A DNA stretch of 55,640 nucleotides, counting the filler, from Sphacelaria rigidula (taxonomy: Eukaryota): NCBI GenBank assembly GCA_964200075.2. It is 6 parts of 6 records of this genome, joined end to end, with 100 filler letters (N's around TTAATTAATTAA, not from the genome) between each part and the next. Parts side by side here need not be neighbours in the genome. Positions count along the whole stretch, not along the records: positions 46,452 to 55,640 come from CAXNAA020009094.1; 5 more parts are not named here. One strand, 5' to 3'. Below are positions 50,461 to 55,640 of this stretch, piece by piece (positions within the stretch are counted from its first letter, which is position 1; each line of letters begins with the position of its first letter). The position numbers were made by a program, and so were the translations under genes. The notes under the pieces are model-generated. The model was not told the DNA's origin, did no database searches, and saw nothing but the letters and a program-made list of their open reading frames with translations.

Positions 50461-52291
50461 TTACGGTGTAAGTCGGAGGTACAAGATGGAAAGTCTGAAA
50501 CCAGACAACAAGGCAACAACCATGCCCCTGTGGCAGGATAATAACACACCACAAATCACGCAACGGAACGGAAGAACATCCGCAGAGTACCGTCGTGACG
50601 ACTGCCACTCATACTGGCGCAATACGGAGCAAACAAGGAAACGATACACGCACACATACCTCGCAGCTTGTTCCAGTAGCACGACCAAATTCATATTAAA
50701 TATGACGAAGGGCTGTCGGGGGGAACCGGGACCCAAAATTGATCATCAAGATCATGTTACCGGATGCGAGCATGCGAAAAGACATGCTCAAGTTACCGCT
50801 CGACTGTAGGGGAATTCCCGTTCCCTTCAAGGGGAGTCCCGCGAGACAAGTTGGCGATTCCCGTCGAAACTTCGGCACTTTTCGCGCGAGCATGGCACAG
50901 AACGAAACGTTTTCCTGTTACGCCGGGACAGAACGGGAAAGTCTTCCGGTCGCCGAACGAAGTAGTGACTGATGCCGGCACGTTTTCCTGCCACCAAAAA
51001 GCAGACGGCGCGAGACAGGAATTCCGGTCGCGTCGGGGCGGGACGGGACGGGAAAGTTTTCCCGTCACCAAGAAACAGACGACACCGGGCAGGAAAGCTC
51101 GTCCAGCAGGATTTCTCGTGATTAAATCACCACCCTAAGGTGACAATTCATGCCGAAATAATGTGGCCCCCCCACAGCTTCCACTGCATATTTTTTTGCT
51201 TGGACGGCATTTTCCCCGGAATTCATGCTGCAGAGGCTAGCCATTCCTTGCACCACCATGTTTGTTGTTTCATCTCTTTCTTCCTTGCTTTTATTGCCGT
51301 AATTTACATCAATTTCACCTCGTCGACCCGCCATCCTTGTTCTTCTTCTCCGTGCCTTTCCCTTCCCTCCTCTACCTTTTGTTCTTTCTTTTTCGTGTGT
51401 CACTCAGTTTCGATCACTCCACCCCGTTTGTTGTTCTGCATGGTTTGTTTTTCGTCCTCTCCCTTTCTCGAGTTTCGTCGAGCAAGTCTTTCCGCTTCGT
51501 CTGCCTTAGGTACGTTCATCTCGTAAGCGCGGCTGGATCACCCGAGCATCAGTAAATGTACGACAATCAGGCCAACCAATCAATCCCGTGGCGAGGGTTC
51601 CTGGTTCAACCCAGCTGAACCGGTAATAGCATGAGCCCGCCACTTCTGTATTTGGTCGATGGTTTACATTGCATTAGCTCATTCAGCGCCGTCCAGGAGC
51701 ATGACAATGGGATGCGAGGAAAACAATCATACGGCTTAGTTGTCCCACGATGGAGTGGCGTTCATTTTCCAACACACGTCAATATTTTCCTGCACAGACA
51801 CTGCTACTGGGACCTCATCGACTCCTCCCTCACGATACTGATTATAACCCTGCTTCGTTTTACTACTGCCGTACTTGACCCTCACCAGACAAGGGGAGGG
51901 CGAGGAAGGGGGGGTTACGGCATCGTCCCCGCCGCACCCCTTGTCCACTGGAGTATTGTCTTCATCCAGGTCGGAGTTGTTCCTTGGAACATGCTCACGC
52001 CCAAGGTCATCGAGATGTGTTCAGTCGCACGAAATGATGGCTGTCTCTGTCAACATGCCCTGTGTTTTTCTTTATCGAAAGACGAACATCAAGGAAAACG
52101 CCTTCTCCTGTCTCATTTTGAAAATATAATGGCAGTTTTGTCTTCTCTCTATGGCTTAGGACGACTCGGCGCTGTGGCAGCGTGCCGAGTTTCCAGCATT
52201 TTCGGCTCGCAGGGCCGAAAGATATTTGGGCGATCGACGGCTCACCGCCGAGGTCAGTTCTAGGGGCCAAGATTCAACAATAGAAGGGAAG

Positions 52292-55200
52292 TGTCATGAG
52301 GAGCATATTAGCCTGTTGTCATGCCGCCTCAGACCCGTTGATGAATCCGACTACATATTTCATCTCAGGCTATTTTAAGACTACAGATCTGTGTAGAGTT
52401 GGTCAGGTGCGAGTGTGAACTTGTATATGGCAAGGATAGTGACGTGGATGAAAGCCCTCAGGCTGCCACTACCCACATCCCCGAGCGAAGCCTGATACCA
52501 CGATGAGACTGAGTAATTGAGCGTGAGGGATCGGATACGAAGAGGACCCAAGATAAAATAATCAAGAAGATATAGTATCATACCTACCCGTGAATATTCT
52601 GATACCTTGGGACTGTAGCCAAATCATACCAAGCCGTAGGTTTCAGTATAATCGCATGCATGATTGGAGCAGTCGCAGGGGATAGGGGATCCTGGATTGA
52701 TGACCCTCATCTGTGTGGCCCCTTGCTGTCTAGCTCTTGATGTGGCCTGTTGAGGATCACTCCGTGATAATAATAAGTGAGAAGAAAGGGCTTGTCGATC
52801 ACGAGACCAGTGCTACTGCAGGAGTCCCTCGTGGATAGTCCTCTTGTCCAGATCGTCTGGCAGAGGCTACAATACCTAGATATTATTCTTCCGGCACTCT
52901 GTTAGAGGAGTTTGGCTGAGGAGAAGTGGGCTGCAGCTTAGAGCCAGTTTAGCCCGCAGACAGGAGGAGACGAGCTTGAACCGCACAGCAGACGGGGACG
53001 CTCCGTGAGCTGGAGGACGCACAAGTTAGACAAGAGTCTCGCCGTGAAGTGTTTGAAGCATAGACGACATGGCTCAAGCGGCGGCAGCGTGCTGGTGTTG
53101 GGTGAGCCACTAGAACCGCCCAAGTATGGCGAAGTGTGGGCAGAGGAGGCATCACACGTTTCTTTCGCAGCATATCTTGAATACATACAGCGTTTGAGTC
53201 TCGCGAATTCACAAGAAGTTATACGGCATGAGAGAGTAAGCATAAGCGACTCATTCCTGTATGCATTCACTGCTGCTTCGAAGACATGTACAAAGACGGT
53301 CGGGCGATGACCCCCGATGATTTACTTGATGCTGTGAAGCAGCATGCCGGGTACACTACAACCGGTGGAAAGCATTACACTGCGCGGGCTGCAGCAGACC
53401 TGCGTAGAGTTCCCAATATGCCACAAAGCAGTGGTCAATCTGTAAAGGACCGTGCGATGATGGTCAGTTCAGCTATGGAAAGGTTTTTTTAGAAAACCTG
53501 ACGGTGCAAGCCATGCACCGTGCGGAGGACAGGAGTTGGTTGTCAGGCCCGGCCGAGTCGGTTTCCATACCTTTGGTGGACGGGATTTCGCCCCCGGAAT
53601 TCAAGGCGATGTTAGACGTGTACTAACGTATGTTGACGGCTGAAAAAAGGACCCGACGGTGGTGTTCAAAAACATATTTGAAGCGGCCGACCAGTGGAAG
53701 TTCATTGAAGCACATAGCCCGCGCGATTATGCAACAAGTGCAGGTGGAATGCGCCGCAAACAGCAACAGCAACAGAAACAGCAGCCGTCTTCGCGAGAGT
53801 CGTCCACTCGCGCGTGTTACAACTGCGGTGACACCGGACATATGATCAAGTACTGCCCCAAACCCCGCGCTCAAGGCGCGGCACAGGGCAGTGCACGTAA
53901 TTTATCAGGATCTCGGGGCGGTCGTCACGGTGAACGGGGCCGTGCCAATCAGCGACGCGGGCGCGGCGGCCGCGGTAGCAAGCCACCGGCGGCGGATGGT
54001 GGTTTCTCCGCTGCTGCTTCTTCCACTGCATCACCAGGCGGTGACTCTGGATCTTATGGTTCGTCCGTAGCGGGGCGGACAGTGTACGTGGGAAATGCAA
54101 ACACTTCCGTGGGGAGTGCTGGAGCAAATAGCTGGCAACTCCTCGGCCAGGCAGGATCCCTGCCTGGTGCATTCCCTACTGCTGCGACGGCTGTAACAGC
54201 GCCGTCTGCATATTCGGCGACTTGGTCTGGTTGGACCGACGAGTCGCAGCTATCGATGCCAAGTGCTGGAGAGCAGCCCTGGCGTCAGGTGACTCTTAGT
54301 CCAGAACAGGGTTCTTCGGCAGGCGTGGTACCTGTCGATTGCAAAGCTGAATGTTTACGCGCAAATTTATCCTTGCCTGGTTCTGTAGGTTCGTTCGTGG
54401 CCAGCGTTGTTCTGGATTCTGGGCCCGCGCTCACGTCGATCGGTGTGGGGTTGCTAGAACAGATGTCTTCACAGTTTGGCGGCGCTCAGCTTCAGATTCC
54501 GTTCGAAAACGGACCGCAAACGGCGCAGACCGCCACGGGTGCTCCCGTGACGGTTACACACAAAACGGTGCCAATTGCTGTTTGCGTGCGTACGCCGTGG
54601 ACTGTGCAGTTGCAGCCCATTACTTTCGCTGTCATGCCCGGTAGGGGCAACGCGATTATCTTTGGGATGGCGACAATGAAGGAGCTCGGGATTGATTTGT
54701 ATCCGCTGGCGTTGGAGAAGTTACGTCCGCGTGCTGTGCCGGTGCAAACTCGCGTGGGAAATTCCAGCTATCTTGCTGCAAGGCGTGTGATCGCATCCAT
54801 ACGGTCATTCCAAAGCGCCTGTGAGGAGGGGGCTCCTGCTGAGGAAGCAGTAGGGCGCTTAGTCGATCGGGGGCCTGATATGTTCATGGACCCAGCAGAG
54901 GAGAGAGGTGCGCGTGCGCTTGAGGATAGTGTGCGGCAGGCCGAGCAGAAGGGCCTGAGCGCCGATGGTGCACATTGTCTGCGCGACATTTTGGCTCGTC
55001 GCGTAGATATATTTCGTCGTGCGCTGCGTGGTGATCCGCCAGCGCGCGTGGAGCCAACGAAGGAGGCTGTGAAGGCCAAGCCTCGCCGCTACGATTCGGT
55101 GAAGACCGTGTGGCTTGCTTCATGCATCGCAGTTTTGGTGGCATTTGGTTCGTTGGTTAGGAACATTCAGGCTGTGTGAGCGAGTCCAGCGATGGCGGTG

Positions 55201-55640
55201 CCGAAGAGGGACACAGTCCGTTTGGTCAGCGACTATCAGGCGGAGAACGCTCAGGTGGAAAAGTCTCTGGGGGTGACGCCAAGCCGAGAAGACATGCGGG
55301 AGTTGCTGGGAGCCCAACAACAATATCGGTATCTCCCTGAACACATTCCTGGAGAGCGCATTTTGGGGGGAGATTTGTTGTCTCGCTTGGTGAAGGTTCC
55401 TACCGTGCCTCTTCGTTCTGTTGCCGTGTACAGCCCGTGTGATGCCGATGATTAGCTGCTCTCGTTAGATGTCATTCGTACCGCGCAGCGCAAAACAGTC
55501 GGCGACGGTGTTCATTCTTTTCCTACGACTTTCGGTCAAGCTGCTTTGACTGACGATGGTTTATTTCGCGTGCGTGTTGGCAGTAGTGGTGTTTTGTGGA
55601 TTCCGTCGGATGAAAAGGCTCTACAAACTCGCTTGATGGT
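52292..55640 (+). mobile_element. Decayed Ty3/Gypsy LTR retrotransposon (gag, protease, truncated RT, end of RNase H, start of integrase)
   Basis: Frameshifted gag from about 53069, zinc knuckle CYNCGDTGHMIKYC (53815-53856), protease LDSG (54412-54423), RT start ASPAMAVPK..VRLVSDY, then HIPGER..GDLLSR and LWIP..LQTRL. The putative 5' LTR (TGTCATG at 52292 to CCGTGATA at 52769) is uncertain. Confidence 0.9.
53659..55179 (+). pseudogene. Gypsy gag-protease ORF remnant
   Basis: 506-aa open segment with a CCHC knuckle and DSG. It ends at a premature TGA where RT has W (AV*ASP). Confidence 0.85.

Noticed and set aside
51631..52263. 210-aa ORF, or a hAT remnant on the opposite strand
   Set aside because: No convincing motif in either direction.
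1..55640. TnpB/Fanzor, hammerhead retrozymes, rRNA or recognisable viral core genes
   Set aside because: By eye I found no RuvC/zinc-ribbon motifs, no paired CTGATGA..GAAA core and no rRNA or viral hallmark sequence. A covariance-model or HMM search would be needed to exclude them fully.

Overview
Eukaryotic, repeat-rich DNA, most likely from a brown alga (Phaeophyceae). This is inferred from short GT-AG exons separated by multi-kb repeat-filled introns, a stramenopile-type bipartite plastid presequence, and the transposon families present. The window is not one locus. It joins six unrelated contigs sorted by length (9191, 9190, 9190, 9190, 9190, 9189 bp) with identical 100-bp N44-TTAATTAATTAA-N44 spacers, so nothing links across a spacer. 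Host-gene pieces: the first three exons of a plastid-targeted DUF1350 protein (contig 4), two internal exons of an HtrA/DegP serine protease (contig 5), and one clean plus two decayed ankyrin-repeat exons (contig 2). The rest is mostly mobile DNA: a decayed DIRS/Ngaro-like retrotransposon, an internally deleted Ty3/Gypsy element, LINE fragments (one family ends in poly-C rather than poly-A), two tRNA-derived SINE families, hAT-, piggyBac-, Tc1- and Harbinger-type MITEs, a probable solo LTR, a 3.3-kb C-rich hierarchical repeat array and a 41-bp palindromic satellite. I see no CRISPR, TnpB/Fanzor or other clearly new system. The best leads are the poly-C-tailed LINE, the C-rich array, and an in-frame exon bracketed by inverted SINEs. 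Family assignments come from motif recognition by eye, not from database searches.
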